Of a stretch of DNA of 64,000 nt, positions 17,163 to 26,339 are shown piece after piece (position 1 is the stretch's first letter; the number at the start of each line of letters is the position of its first letter). The stretch is from contig JBDRQC010000004.1 of assembly GCA_043826505.1 (NCBI GenBank), positions 7,521-71,520 of the forward strand. The letters run 5' to 3'. The notes beneath the pieces were generated by a model. The model was given only the letters and a program-made list of their open reading frames with translations, made no database searches and had not been told where the DNA came from. Source of the stretch: Chrysiogenia bacterium (GTDB lineage: Bacteria; Acidobacteriota; Aminicenantia; UBA2199). The translations under genes were made by a program, and so were the position numbers.

Positions 17163-19097
17163 TCAGGGCAGTGGTTTTTCCCCTGCCATGAATTGCACTC
17201 CCAAGTCCCGCGCATCCGTGCCTAAATCCAAGGCTTTAATATTGAAAGTCGGATTTACCCTGATGTCCAAAAAGCCTTCCTCTCCTCGCGGCAATTGGAA
17301 TTTTTTGAACTGGTTTTCACTGAAAACGATCCTTTTAAACAATTCCCCACGCCAAAACAACTCAACCGCCATACCTTCCTTTTGTAGCCAACTTTGCGGA
17401 GCCTCGCAAAAAAGAACAAAATTCCGCGCGGCATCGGCAGTGAAATATTTGCCCGCCGCGCTTCGCGTCCAAGAAAATGTGCCGTGCTCATTTTTTTCAC
17501 GCGGCCAAAATCCATATTCATAAGCACGGTTTTTTTCCCGGATCAATGTTTTGGGATGCAGGGCCGGGAATGCCGCCACATTGAAGGCGATAAAGCCAAT
17601 CACCAGAATCCACTGCGTGCGCAACCACCAACGGGGCTCAGACGCACTCCGGCGATCGCTCGCGGCCAGGAAGATCCAGAACAAAAGCAAACACTCCGGA
17701 AACCAGAAAAAATTGTTGAAAAACAGGGCAAAAGCGATAGACGCCAGGACGAAATGAATCACGCCAGGCTTTTGCCATTTCACCTGCGCGACCAGGAACA
17801 GGAAGAACAGCAAACCTGTGATCAGGCCGGTTTCACTGGCGATGAGGAGATATTGGTTCAAAGGCAGATCTTCGTAAAATTTTTCATCGAAACGCAAGTA
17901 TTTCAAAAAGAACAAAAAATTTCCGGTGCCGATCCCGCTCACCGGGAAACGGGCGATCATGCGTGCGCTGTCCCTGAGCATGACCAGGCGGCCGCTGCTG
18001 ATCTGATTGGCCGCCTGGAACAGATCGGCCGTGTCGGTTAAGCGCGCCGTTTGCAAGGTCGTCTGCTGCAAGCGCTTTTTCAACGATCCGCCCGCAACCA
18101 GCAGGAATACTGCCAGCAGCAGAACCACCAGCGCCTTGCCCCTAAAGCTCGTCTTTCCTGAAAAAATCAAATATATCACCGCCAGCAAGACGAACAGGAA
18201 CGCCGTGCGGCAGCCGGAAATGAAAATCGCGGCCAGGGCGGTCATGAGGAAAAGGATTTCGGGTAGCAGCGTTTTGAATCCCCAGGAGCGCCCAATGCCA
18301 TCCGAACTTTCAGTATTGTCCGGAGTCGCAATTTCGCTGCGCCGGGGAAATTTATTGATCAGGCGCAGGGCCTGGTAAAAAAACATGGCGCCGGCAAAAA
18401 AACCGAAAGCGTTGAAATCGGAAAATCCCCCGTTCACCTGATGCATCTTCAATCCCCACCAGCCTTGCGCCAGAAAATCGGGATCCAGCCATTTCTGGAC
18501 CAGGGCCAGCAGGAACGAGAGGCAGAAACCGGCCCTGAGCGGATTGAAAATTTCATTTTCCCTTAATTGCCAATGGCGGATCAAGGAAGCCAGAAAAGGA
18601 GACAGGGAAAACAGGGCCAGGGTGATGACCGGGAAAATGCAGGCGAAGGACAGCCTCTCGCCGCCGGGAGCGACCGGCGTGTCACGCAGGAAGGCCAGGG
18701 GGGAGAGGGTGAGGTTGGACCAGCGCAGGAACACGAAAAAAACCGAAACACTGATCAGGACCAAAAACAGCAGATAAAGCCCGTAGCCGGGAAAATCAAA
18801 CTCCGGTTTTTCTTTTTTTAAACGCGAGGCGATCATCATACCTGACAGGTAAAAGAGCGCGATCCCCATGTAGTTGAAGGGATAGCCGTTAAAAAAGATG
18901 TCCGGGGTCGAATTGATCAGGGGCAATAAGAACAAAAACAGAACCAGCGCTTTCCTGCCGCTCCAGAAGTAAGACAAGAGGCCCAACGCCAGAAACAAGA
19001 CCGGCAAAATTACGAAGCGCAGGTGAATGACCACGACGAAAAAAAGCAAGACCAGCGACAGAAAAGCAAGGAATCGCTGCAAACCAAGCTTGTTCAT
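17163..19097 (-). CDS. O-antigen ligase / Wzy_C-family membrane protein with extra C-terminal soluble domain
   Basis: There are about 12 TM helices. The motif PLNQYLLIASETGLITGLLFF fits the Wzy_C signature, and roughly 150 aa of non-membrane C-terminus follow. ATG 19097 avoids overlap with the upstream gene (stop at 19136). Confidence 0.75.
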   Translation of the reverse strand: MNKLGLQRFLAFLSLVLLFFVVVIHLRFVILPVLFLALGLLSYFWSGRKALVLFLFLLPLINSTPDIFFNGYPFNYMGIALFYLSGMMIASRLKKEKPEFDFPGYGLYLLFLVLISVSVFFVFLRWSNLTLSPLAFLRDTPVAPGGERLSFACIFPVITLALFSLSPFLASLIRHWQLRENEIFNPLRAGFCLSFLLALVQKWLDPDFLAQGWWGLKMHQVNGGFSDFNAFGFFAGAMFFYQALRLINKFPRRSEIATPDNTESSDGIGRSWGFKTLLPEILFLMTALAAIFISGCRTAFLFVLLAVIYLIFSGKTSFRGKALVVLLLAVFLLVAGGSLKKRLQQTTLQTARLTDTADLFQAANQISSGRLVMLRDSARMIARFPVSGIGTGNFLFFLKYLRFDEKFYEDLPLNQYLLIASETGLITGLLFFLFLVAQVKWQKPGVIHFVLASIAFALFFNNFFWFPECLLLFWIFLAASDRRSASEPRWWLRTQWILVIGFIAFNVAAFPALHPKTLIREKNRAYEYGFWPREKNEHGTFSWTRSAAGKYFTADAARNFVLFCEAPQSWLQKEGMAVELFWRGELFKRIVFSENQFKKFQLPRGEEGFLDIRVNPTFNIKALDLGTDARDLGVQFMAGEKPLP

Positions 19098-19135
19098 CAG
19101 CGCTTCGTGTTTGGGCCCTTTTCCTGAGGCATTGA

Positions 19136-20551
19136 TCAGTACGCCCGGGGATCGCCCTTGAACATGTGCCATATGGAAAGCCAGATGATCTTGAGGTCCA
19201 GTAAAAACGACCAGTTTTCTATGTACCAGATATCCGCCTCCACTCTCCGGCGCAGCAGGTCCTGATCGCTGGTTTCACCGCGCAAGCCGTTGACCTGGGC
19301 CCAACCGCTGATCCCCGGTTTTACCAGGTGCCGCAGCTGGTAATGGCGGATCGAATTCTTGGCTTCCAGATTCATGGGCGTGGGATGCGGACGTGGACCG
19401 ACAACCGACATTTCTCCCCTCAACACATTGATGAATTGCGGCAACTCGTCAAGGTTGCTGCGGCGCAAAAAACGGCCCAGCCTGGTGACCCTCGGGTCAC
19501 CGCGCCTTGCCTGTTGATATAGACCTTTTTCATCCACATCCCGGCTTTCCTTGACCATGGAACGGAATTTATAGCAGACAATGCGCTTGTTTTTTATGCC
19601 CCATCTCTCCTGTCTGAAAAAAATCGGCCCCGGTGACATCGTCTTGATCAGCAGGGCCAACAGGGGCCACAGCCATGAAAAAATCCCGACAAACAGCAAA
19701 ATGGTGAAGATCAGATCGAAGCTTCTTTTTAACAGCCGCCAATGCAGCTGCTCCAGGGGATTGGCGCGGATGGAAAAGATGGGGAATGCCCCGAAGCGCG
19801 AGATCCGGAAACGCCCGCTCATGAATTTGAAATATTCGGGGATGATCCTGACCTGGGTGGGATAATTTTCGCAGATGGCGATCACCGGCCCTATTTCTTC
19901 AATGGCCGCATGGGGAAAGGCAATGATGACTTCATCGATTTTTTCATGCTCCAGCACGCTGGCCAAGTTGTCGATCTTGCCGAGATACAGCTCGGCCATT
20001 CCCGGGTGCGCTTCTTCGGCAATAAAACCTTTCAAGCGGTAGCCCAGATGCCGGTTGGCGGTGACGGTATCGGCAAAACTCCTGGCCAACGCACCGCTGC
20101 CGATGATAAGGATGTGGCTGAGGTTGCGGCCGGTTTTCTGCAGCCAGGAGAACAACGAACTCAGAAAAATTTTCCAGAGCGTCAGCAAGACCAAAAGCAA
20201 CATATAGTAAGCGAACACAAAAAAACGCGAAAGGGTTTGAGACTTGACCGCAAACAGGATGGCCACGACCAAAAAAACCTGCAGCAAGATGTTTTCGCCG
20301 AGGGCGATCATTTCAATGCGCAACGAGCGGTTGTAGAACTCATCGTAAAGCCCGAAGATCCTGGCGCCGAAATTCCAGGCCAGGCAGAAAAAAAACAGCA
20401 AATATATTTCCAACGCCCTAAGTCCCGTGAATCCGGATGCCATCCCGGCATGGCGCTTGGCCAGGAAAGCTCCTGCCAAAAAAGCAACAATCAACAGCAG
20501 GATATCGCCGCCGTTCTTCAGGTATTTTCTTAATTTTTTTTGGTTATGCAT
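19136..20551 (-). CDS. Polyprenyl-phosphate hexose-1-phosphate transferase (WbaP/WcaJ/EpsB-type priming sugar transferase)
   Basis: N-terminal TM helices are followed by the bacterial sugar-transferase domain. Its motifs are SFDLIFTILLFVGIFSWLWPLLALLIK, PGPIFFRQERWG and PRVTRLGRFLRRSNLDELPQFINVLRGEMSVVGPRP. Confidence 0.9.
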   Translation of the reverse strand: MHNQKKLRKYLKNGGDILLLIVAFLAGAFLAKRHAGMASGFTGLRALEIYLLFFFCLAWNFGARIFGLYDEFYNRSLRIEMIALGENILLQVFLVVAILFAVKSQTLSRFFVFAYYMLLLVLLTLWKIFLSSLFSWLQKTGRNLSHILIIGSGALARSFADTVTANRHLGYRLKGFIAEEAHPGMAELYLGKIDNLASVLEHEKIDEVIIAFPHAAIEEIGPVIAICENYPTQVRIIPEYFKFMSGRFRISRFGAFPIFSIRANPLEQLHWRLLKRSFDLIFTILLFVGIFSWLWPLLALLIKTMSPGPIFFRQERWGIKNKRIVCYKFRSMVKESRDVDEKGLYQQARRGDPRVTRLGRFLRRSNLDELPQFINVLRGEMSVVGPRPHPTPMNLEAKNSIRHYQLRHLVKPGISGWAQVNGLRGETSDQDLLRRRVEADIWYIENWSFLLDLKIIWLSIWHMFKGDPRAY

Positions 20552-21660
20552 TTCACCCCGGCCCTCATGCTTTCAAACAATTGCCTGTATTGATCCGCTA
20601 TTTTTTCCCAGGAATAATTTTCACGGATCCGCTGCCGTGCTTTGTGGCGAAACCCGGCAAGAATTTCCTCACGCCTTTCCAGTTCCGCTATCATTTCTTT
20701 CAAATTATCAGCTTTTTTGCTGAAAAACAAGCCATATTCTCCATCGGCGAGCATTTCCCGATTGAAGACCGTATCCAATGCGTAAACGGCGCAGCCTTCG
20801 GCCAGGGCCTGCAGCAGGGCCGGGTTGGTGCCGCCGAATTCGTGGCCGTGGCAATAGGCATGGCAGTGTTGATAAAGGGCGGACAGCTCGTCCTGATCGG
20901 TTACGTATCCCGTGAATACTATACGCGGATCGGCGGCAAAGCGGCGGATGGATTCGGCATATCGGTCTTTGTAGGGAATATCGCCGACGACGACCAGTTT
21001 CCGTGTCGAAACGGAGGCGATGAATTCACGGACGATCAGGTCGGCGTTGTTATCCGGAACAAGTCGGCCAACGATCAGGTAGTATTGCCGCGGCTGCAGC
21101 TGCCATTTGTCCAGCAATTTGGGATCGGCCGCAGGCCGGATATAGGCCCCATAGGCAATCATGGTCGATTCCGCCCCGAACTCCTTCCGGTATATTCCCT
21201 GCATTTCAAGCGAATCGGTGATCACCCGGTCATAAAGGCGGGTAGCAACCCTGGAAGCCCAATGGAAGTATCGCGCTCCCAGGCCTTTCCATTTCGGCCG
21301 CAGCCATTCGAGCCCATCGACATTGATGGCCGTTCGTTTGCGAAAAACCTTAGTCAACAGGCCGAAGGGACCATTTGCCGAATTAACGACCAGAATGACA
21401 TCAAATCTGGAAAAACAGGCGTGCAGCACCGACTGCAAGGAGTGGATAAACTGGCTCATGGTCTTCTTCTCGATGGTCGGGATATAGACCAGGCGTATGC
21501 CGTTCACCTCTTTGGGACGGTCGCGAAATAGATTGCGGTGGCAATAGACCGTGACGCCGATACCCTGCCGCACCAGCCGTTCGGACAATTCCCTGACAAA
21601 GGTTTCGTAACCGCTGTAGACATAAGGATAACCCCGGGAGCCAATGATGGCGATGTTCAC
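20530..21660 (-). CDS. Glycosyltransferase family 4 (DUF1972-type N-terminus)
   Basis: Homology starts at VNIAIIGSRGYPYVYSGYETFVRELSERL. GTG 21660 overlaps the upstream stop (GTGA). The C-terminal motif is HGHEFGGTNPALLQALAEG. The Arg-rich 96-aa extension in the ORF track looks non-coding. Confidence 0.8.
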   Translation of the reverse strand: MNIAIIGSRGYPYVYSGYETFVRELSERLVRQGIGVTVYCHRNLFRDRPKEVNGIRLVYIPTIEKKTMSQFIHSLQSVLHACFSRFDVILVVNSANGPFGLLTKVFRKRTAINVDGLEWLRPKWKGLGARYFHWASRVATRLYDRVITDSLEMQGIYRKEFGAESTMIAYGAYIRPAADPKLLDKWQLQPRQYYLIVGRLVPDNNADLIVREFIASVSTRKLVVVGDIPYKDRYAESIRRFAADPRIVFTGYVTDQDELSALYQHCHAYCHGHEFGGTNPALLQALAEGCAVYALDTVFNREMLADGEYGLFFSKKADNLKEMIAELERREEILAGFRHKARQRIRENYSWEKIADQYRQLFESMRAGVKCITKKN

Positions 21661-22763
21661 CCTACCACCTCGAGGCAGACTTCCAGCAGCCGGTCGGCGC
21701 TTTCCTTCCAGGTAAAGCACTTGGCCCGCAGCAACCCTTTGGCGCGCTTTTCCTCCCGCAATTCTCCATCCTTCAGCAGACGGTCGATGGCCGCGGCGAT
21801 GTCTGCGGGATCTTGCGGATCGACATAAAGGGCAGCTTCGCGGCAGACCTCGGGCATGGAGTCGCGATCCGAGACCACCAGCGGCACACCGCTGGCCATG
21901 GCTTCCAGGGGAGGCAGGCCGAAACCCTCGGCCAGCGAAACAAAGCAAAAAACGGTCGCATGGGCATACAGTGCGGACAGGTCCGCCTCCTCGACCTGGC
22001 CGAGGAGCTGCACCCTGCCTTGCAGGGAAAGTTCCTTGATTTTTCCCTGCAGATCGAACATTTTCCAGTCGGCTTTACCGGCCAGGACCAATTTGATATT
22101 GCGGTCTTCCAGGGCGTTGACGGCTTTCAGCAGGTTCAGGATATTCTTCCTTTCATTCATCCGGCCGACATAAAGCAAAAACCGCTCCGGGAGAGCGTAC
22201 TTGGCCTTGACCTCGCGAATCCGGCCCGGGGCATGTTCGGCCAAAGGCACAAAGCCCTCGTCCACCCCCAGGGGTATGACGGCAATCTTTTCGGCAGCAG
22301 CATACTTGAATCCGAGCATGCGCTCCTTCTCACTCCGGGACAACGTTAAGATCTTGGCTGCCCAGCGGCTCAGGAAACGAATCGGCCGGAAATAAAACCT
22401 TTCCTTCCAGGTAAAATACTCCGGATAGGCGTGAAAAATTATATCGTTTATCCAGACGATTTTTTTATATTTGCCAAAGCATCCGGAAAAATAGAAAAAG
22501 AGGCAGACATCGAGACCGAGTTTTTTGGCCTGCCAAGGGAGAAAAAGGCAATTGCAAAACAGGCCGTTGGCGCCTGCCACATATAAAAGATGAACCCTGG
22601 AGTCTGGAAAAGGAAACTGCAGGCCGCGGTCGCGCCGGGGCAGAAAAACGAAGTATTCATGCTCGGCATGGTTTTGGACCAGTTGTTGCAGAAGATTGCG
22701 GACCACGACCCGACCACTGGGGTTGCCCCGGAAAAACCAGCGCCCGTCAATGCCTATGCGCAT
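21657..22763 (-). CDS. Glycosyltransferase family 4 (GT-B)
   Basis: The protein begins MRIGIDGRWFFRGNPSGRV and carries EGFGLPPLEAMASGVPLVVSDRDSMPEV, the EX7E-type motif. Confidence 0.85.
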   Translation of the reverse strand: MRIGIDGRWFFRGNPSGRVVVRNLLQQLVQNHAEHEYFVFLPRRDRGLQFPFPDSRVHLLYVAGANGLFCNCLFLPWQAKKLGLDVCLFFYFSGCFGKYKKIVWINDIIFHAYPEYFTWKERFYFRPIRFLSRWAAKILTLSRSEKERMLGFKYAAAEKIAVIPLGVDEGFVPLAEHAPGRIREVKAKYALPERFLLYVGRMNERKNILNLLKAVNALEDRNIKLVLAGKADWKMFDLQGKIKELSLQGRVQLLGQVEEADLSALYAHATVFCFVSLAEGFGLPPLEAMASGVPLVVSDRDSMPEVCREAALYVDPQDPADIAAAIDRLLKDGELREEKRAKGLLRAKCFTWKESADRLLEVCLEVVG

Positions 22764-23608
22764 TAGCTATTCTTCCAGCGGAAAGTTTTTTCCAGCGGTG
22801 CGAAATGCATGCGCTTGGCAGGATTGTCCACTGTATAAATATCATATTTCAAAGGGGAAATTTGCCAGTAATTTCCGTGCAGGATTTTTTCTGCCAGGCG
22901 CACACCGTTGACCAGATACCGGCCACGCCTGAGCCAGGCGGGCATTTCCCCACAGTACTCCCCTCTTGCTTTGGCCAAGGCAACCTTGCCCCGGCTTGCG
23001 TTTTCCCCGCTATCGGTGAAAATGGAAAAATAAGCCGGATAATGCTTGGCGCGGTAGCCGTTTTTCAACACGCGCAGCAACCACTCGGTATCGCCGGCAA
23101 TGCGCAGCTCCGAGTTGAACCAAAACCCCTCATCAATGATGCGTCGGCGAAAAAACATAGTACAGGTGAATGTATAGAGATAGGAGGTATAAATATACGC
23201 TCTACGAGGTGCAAAGGCCTTGCGGAAAGCGACAAGGGAGCCATCAGGCTGGGTCACCAGAAAATCCCCGAAGAGAATATCTATGCTCGGATGAGCGGCA
23301 AAAAAACTCTTGACGAAAGACAGCGTGCCAGGCAGATACTGCTCGTCGCAATTCAAACAAGCCAATATGTCGACATGTGCCAGCCGCAAGCCCTTGTTGA
23401 CCGCATCATACATGCCCTTGTCTTTTTCGCTCAGGCTGAGGATTTTCGGTTTGGCGGCCAGCCACGATACCGTGCCGTCGGTCGAGCCACCGTCGACGAC
23501 GATATGCTCGACGCTGGCCCCCTGCTGATCGGCAATCGAGGCGGCGCAGCACTTCAAATAAGGCAGCATGTTCAGGCTGGGAGTGACGATTGATATATCC
23601 ATTTTCAA
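22763..23608 (-). CDS. Glycosyltransferase family 2
   Basis: ISIVTPSLNMLPYLKCCAASIADQ is followed by HIVVDGGSTDGT and a DxD-like NCDEQY. The stop shares one base with the next ATG (TAATG). Confidence 0.85.
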   Translation of the reverse strand: MKMDISIVTPSLNMLPYLKCCAASIADQQGASVEHIVVDGGSTDGTVSWLAAKPKILSLSEKDKGMYDAVNKGLRLAHVDILACLNCDEQYLPGTLSFVKSFFAAHPSIDILFGDFLVTQPDGSLVAFRKAFAPRRAYIYTSYLYTFTCTMFFRRRIIDEGFWFNSELRIAGDTEWLLRVLKNGYRAKHYPAYFSIFTDSGENASRGKVALAKARGEYCGEMPAWLRRGRYLVNGVRLAEKILHGNYWQISPLKYDIYTVDNPAKRMHFAPLEKTFRWKNS

Positions 23609-24879
23609 TTTTTTTTGATCTGGAGTTGAAGCGGATATTTTTTCGCTAAAGAATCTAAAAAAATCGTTCCAAAGCCAAAATAGATGGCAAAAAGCGGGAT
23701 AAAACCGAACCCCATACCATAGGGCAACTGCGCCAGCAGCACAAGCAAGAGCAGCCAGACGATTGATCTCTCATTTATTTCCAAGCGTTCATCAGCAAGA
23801 AATTTAAAAAGCCGCCTCAACAAAAGCAAGAGCGGGACCAGCAATAGGACCAACCCGATCATCCCGGTTTTCAATAAAATAAGGATGTATTGGTTATGCG
23901 GGGGCAAGGAAATTTTTTGATTTTCCTCGGGAATGAAAAAATCGAAATATCCCCCCAGGTGATATCCAAAAAACGGTTTTTTCAAAACCTGGTGCAGCGC
24001 TGCCTTATTTTGATATAATCGCCAATATCCGGTTTGCATTCCCTTGATTCCATTCACATTCAAATCGGGCGCTTGCTGCCGACTTTGAATTGGGTAATAG
24101 AAACGTTCAATAACAGGGACGATCTTCAACAGGGCGAAAATGACAACAACACTGGTACAGGCGAACAACATCTCCTTGGGCCTTTTACCCAGAACAAGCA
24201 AAAACAGAAAGACAAAAAACAGAGAAATCAACGCCGTGCGGTTATGAACAGGCAGTGCGATAATTAATAAGAGAAATAAAATCATCTTGGGCAACGTAAA
24301 AAACCTTTTCCGGAAAAATGACAAATAAAAAATGAACATGGCCAATAGAATAATGTAAAAAGACTGATCGGAACTGATGATCTTATGAACCCACAATTTC
24401 TGGTTTTTCAAATGAATTTCGCTGAAATAGAACGGCTTTCTGTAAACCAGAGAGCATATCAGGAAGAGAAGCGATGCTGCTGCGGCAACATAAGTGGTCA
24501 TTCTTACATACTTGCCCACCAGAGCGGGATTGTCGCTCCGTTTGTCGGCCAGCAGGATATACGGGATAAAAAAAGCGAAAAAAGGAAGTATGTAGCGGGA
24601 CTCGCCAAAAGCCCGGTATCCATAAATCCGCCATCCCCAAAACACTTCCAGGACCAACCAGGCTAAAAAAAGCAGGTACCAGATGGTCGCTGGCTGCGCC
24701 CGATGCCATTCCTTGCGGTTTTTGACGAAAGCCCATGCTGCGGTAGCCAGGACAAGGAAAAAGAAGATGTCGCCGCAATAGATATTCATGCCGGCTATTT
24801 TGAGCAACCGTATGGTCGACCAGTCAACAAGAAAAAAGACATAAATGACCAGAAGGCCGTAGAAAACCCTGTTTTTCAA
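23605..24879 (-). CDS. Wzy-type O-antigen/EPS polymerase-like membrane protein
   Basis: 424 aa with about 10-12 TM helices and AT-rich codon usage. It carries the motif PPHNQYILILLKTGMIGLVLLL (Wzy_C-like). The start is uncertain (TTG 24879, or ATG 24789). Confidence 0.7.
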   Translation of the reverse strand: MKNRVFYGLLVIYVFFLVDWSTIRLLKIAGMNIYCGDIFFFLVLATAAWAFVKNRKEWHRAQPATIWYLLFLAWLVLEVFWGWRIYGYRAFGESRYILPFFAFFIPYILLADKRSDNPALVGKYVRMTTYVAAAASLLFLICSLVYRKPFYFSEIHLKNQKLWVHKIISSDQSFYIILLAMFIFYLSFFRKRFFTLPKMILFLLLIIALPVHNRTALISLFFVFLFLLVLGKRPKEMLFACTSVVVIFALLKIVPVIERFYYPIQSRQQAPDLNVNGIKGMQTGYWRLYQNKAALHQVLKKPFFGYHLGGYFDFFIPEENQKISLPPHNQYILILLKTGMIGLVLLLVPLLLLLRRLFKFLADERLEINERSIVWLLLLVLLAQLPYGMGFGFIPLFAIYFGFGTIFLDSLAKKYPLQLQIKKN

Positions 24880-25004
24880 TAAAATTTTTTTCTTCAGTAA
24901 AAACTCCTTCTCTCTTCACACATCTTTGCAGAAACGAACCTGGACATTGCTATAACATTTTCCCGGTAAAATATCAATTTCGGAAGGGAATTGAATGTCT
25001 GCCG

Positions 25005-25799
25005 CTATTTGCGGAAATGGATCAGTGGGTTGCGATAATCGAAGTCCATGTCGGCCTGAATGATGGTGAAGCCATTCCGCTCCAACATCTCACAGGTCCG
25101 CCTCAACCCGGCATGATACCAGCGGCCTGGACGGGCCAGGTCGTCTTCGTTCTCATCCAAAGAAACAAGATGATGGCGCCTGGCATTCCAGCGGTTGAGA
25201 AAACAATAAAAACGGTTCAACAACTTACCGAACAGAGGGTTTTTTTGCCGAGGCAACAAGCATTGCAGCACATTGTAGCGATCCTGACGGGAAACGAACT
25301 CATTGTATTTGTGATAATCGGCAACCATCCAGAAGCCATGCGCGCCGCCGCGCATCCGCAGAAACAGATTCCTGGCATATTCACTAATACCTTCAAACGA
25401 AACATGGCACAGGGCATCATAGGAAAAGACGAAATCGTTGGCAGCGAGCGGTACTTCCTTCAGGGAAAAGTCTTCCACTGTAACATAATGGATATGGTCA
25501 TGGCGACCAACGTATTCGTCAAACCGGTTGTGTTCCGGTGGCAGTGCATCAAGGCAGTAGATCTCTCTGGCGCCGAGCATCAATTTGGTCCAGACGCCGC
25601 GGCCGCAGCCGATCTCCAGCACGGTCGTGTTCCGGTTCACATAGGGCCTGATGCAGGCCAGATATATGGCATGGGAAACGCCAATTTTTACTCGCTGCTG
25701 GTCAGGAACACCCGCAAAAACAGTAACGTGGTTCCAATCCAAGCGTTCCTTGGCGGTCACGCGCACGAAGGCGAAGCCACTTTTCAACAGCAACAGCAT
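25005..25799 (-). CDS. Class I SAM-dependent methyltransferase
   Basis: Motif I is TVLEIGCGRGVW, followed by IYCLD, then DFVFSYDALCHV and LRMRGGAHGFWMV. The start is uncertain: ATG 25799, GTG 25766 or 25760, or TTG 25742 (behind AAGGAA). The part of the 432-aa ORF above about 25800 looks like antisense noise. Confidence 0.75.
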   Translation of the reverse strand: MLLLLKSGFAFVRVTAKERLDWNHVTVFAGVPDQQRVKIGVSHAIYLACIRPYVNRNTTVLEIGCGRGVWTKLMLGAREIYCLDALPPEHNRFDEYVGRHDHIHYVTVEDFSLKEVPLAANDFVFSYDALCHVSFEGISEYARNLFLRMRGGAHGFWMVADYHKYNEFVSRQDRYNVLQCLLPRQKNPLFGKLLNRFYCFLNRWNARRHHLVSLDENEDDLARPGRWYHAGLRRTCEMLERNGFTIIQADMDFDYRNPLIHFRK

Positions 25800-26262
25800 G
25801 GGACCTGTTATCTGGGGGCAGAAAACCAAAAAAGAACCTCTCCAGCGAATCGTGTTCAAATATTTACTTTGGATCAAATACTCGAGAAATATCCTCATTT
25901 TCGAAATTCTCAGATCCTGAAAATCGACACCGATGGCTTCGATTGCAAGGTCTTGGGTGGCGCCACTAATTTCATTGCCAAAGCAGCACCGGTAATCTTT
26001 TTCGAATTCTGCCCCAAATACCTGCTGCCGCAAAAGGAAGATCCCTTGTCCATTTTTACCCACCTTCGCTCCCAGGGTTACCGACAGGCCATTTTTTATG
26101 ACAATACGGGTTTTCCCATCATTGAACTTCCGACGGACGCGAAAAAACAAATCGATTCTCTGGTCAACTATTCGCTGATATCCGACAAAGTTTTTTTTGA
26201 CGTGCTTCTTTTCCCCCAATATTCCGGGGAGGGCTTTTTCGATCAAGAGTTGGCGACCTTCC
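25725..26262 (+). pseudogene. FkbM-family methyltransferase remnant lacking the N-terminal SAM-binding part, on the opposite strand to the locus
   Basis: The plus frame reads NVVPIQAFLGGHAHEGEATF...VQIFTLDQILEKYPHFRNSQILKIDTDGFDCKVLGGATNFIAKAAPVIFFEFCPKYL...LRSQGYRQAIFYD, a typical FkbM C-terminal half. No GANxG-type motif lies upstream and there is no own stop, so the frame runs on as antisense of the next gene. Confidence 0.5.
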
Positions 26263-26339
26263 CGATGAAGCACCCGCTGGATCGGGGCCTGTCGTATCCG
26301 CATGGATCTCCAGCAAAAATCTGCGCTGAGATCCCCCTC

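Noticed and set aside
21661-21948. 96-aa N-terminal extension of the GT4 ORF (MLCFAGRGFRPASPGSHGQRCAAGG...)
   Set aside because: The extension is Arg/Gly/Ala-rich and low in information, and it overlaps the 3' end of the upstream GT4 gene. Family-typical sequence begins at VNIAIIGSRGYPY, where a GTG is coupled to the upstream stop (GTGA at 21657-21660).
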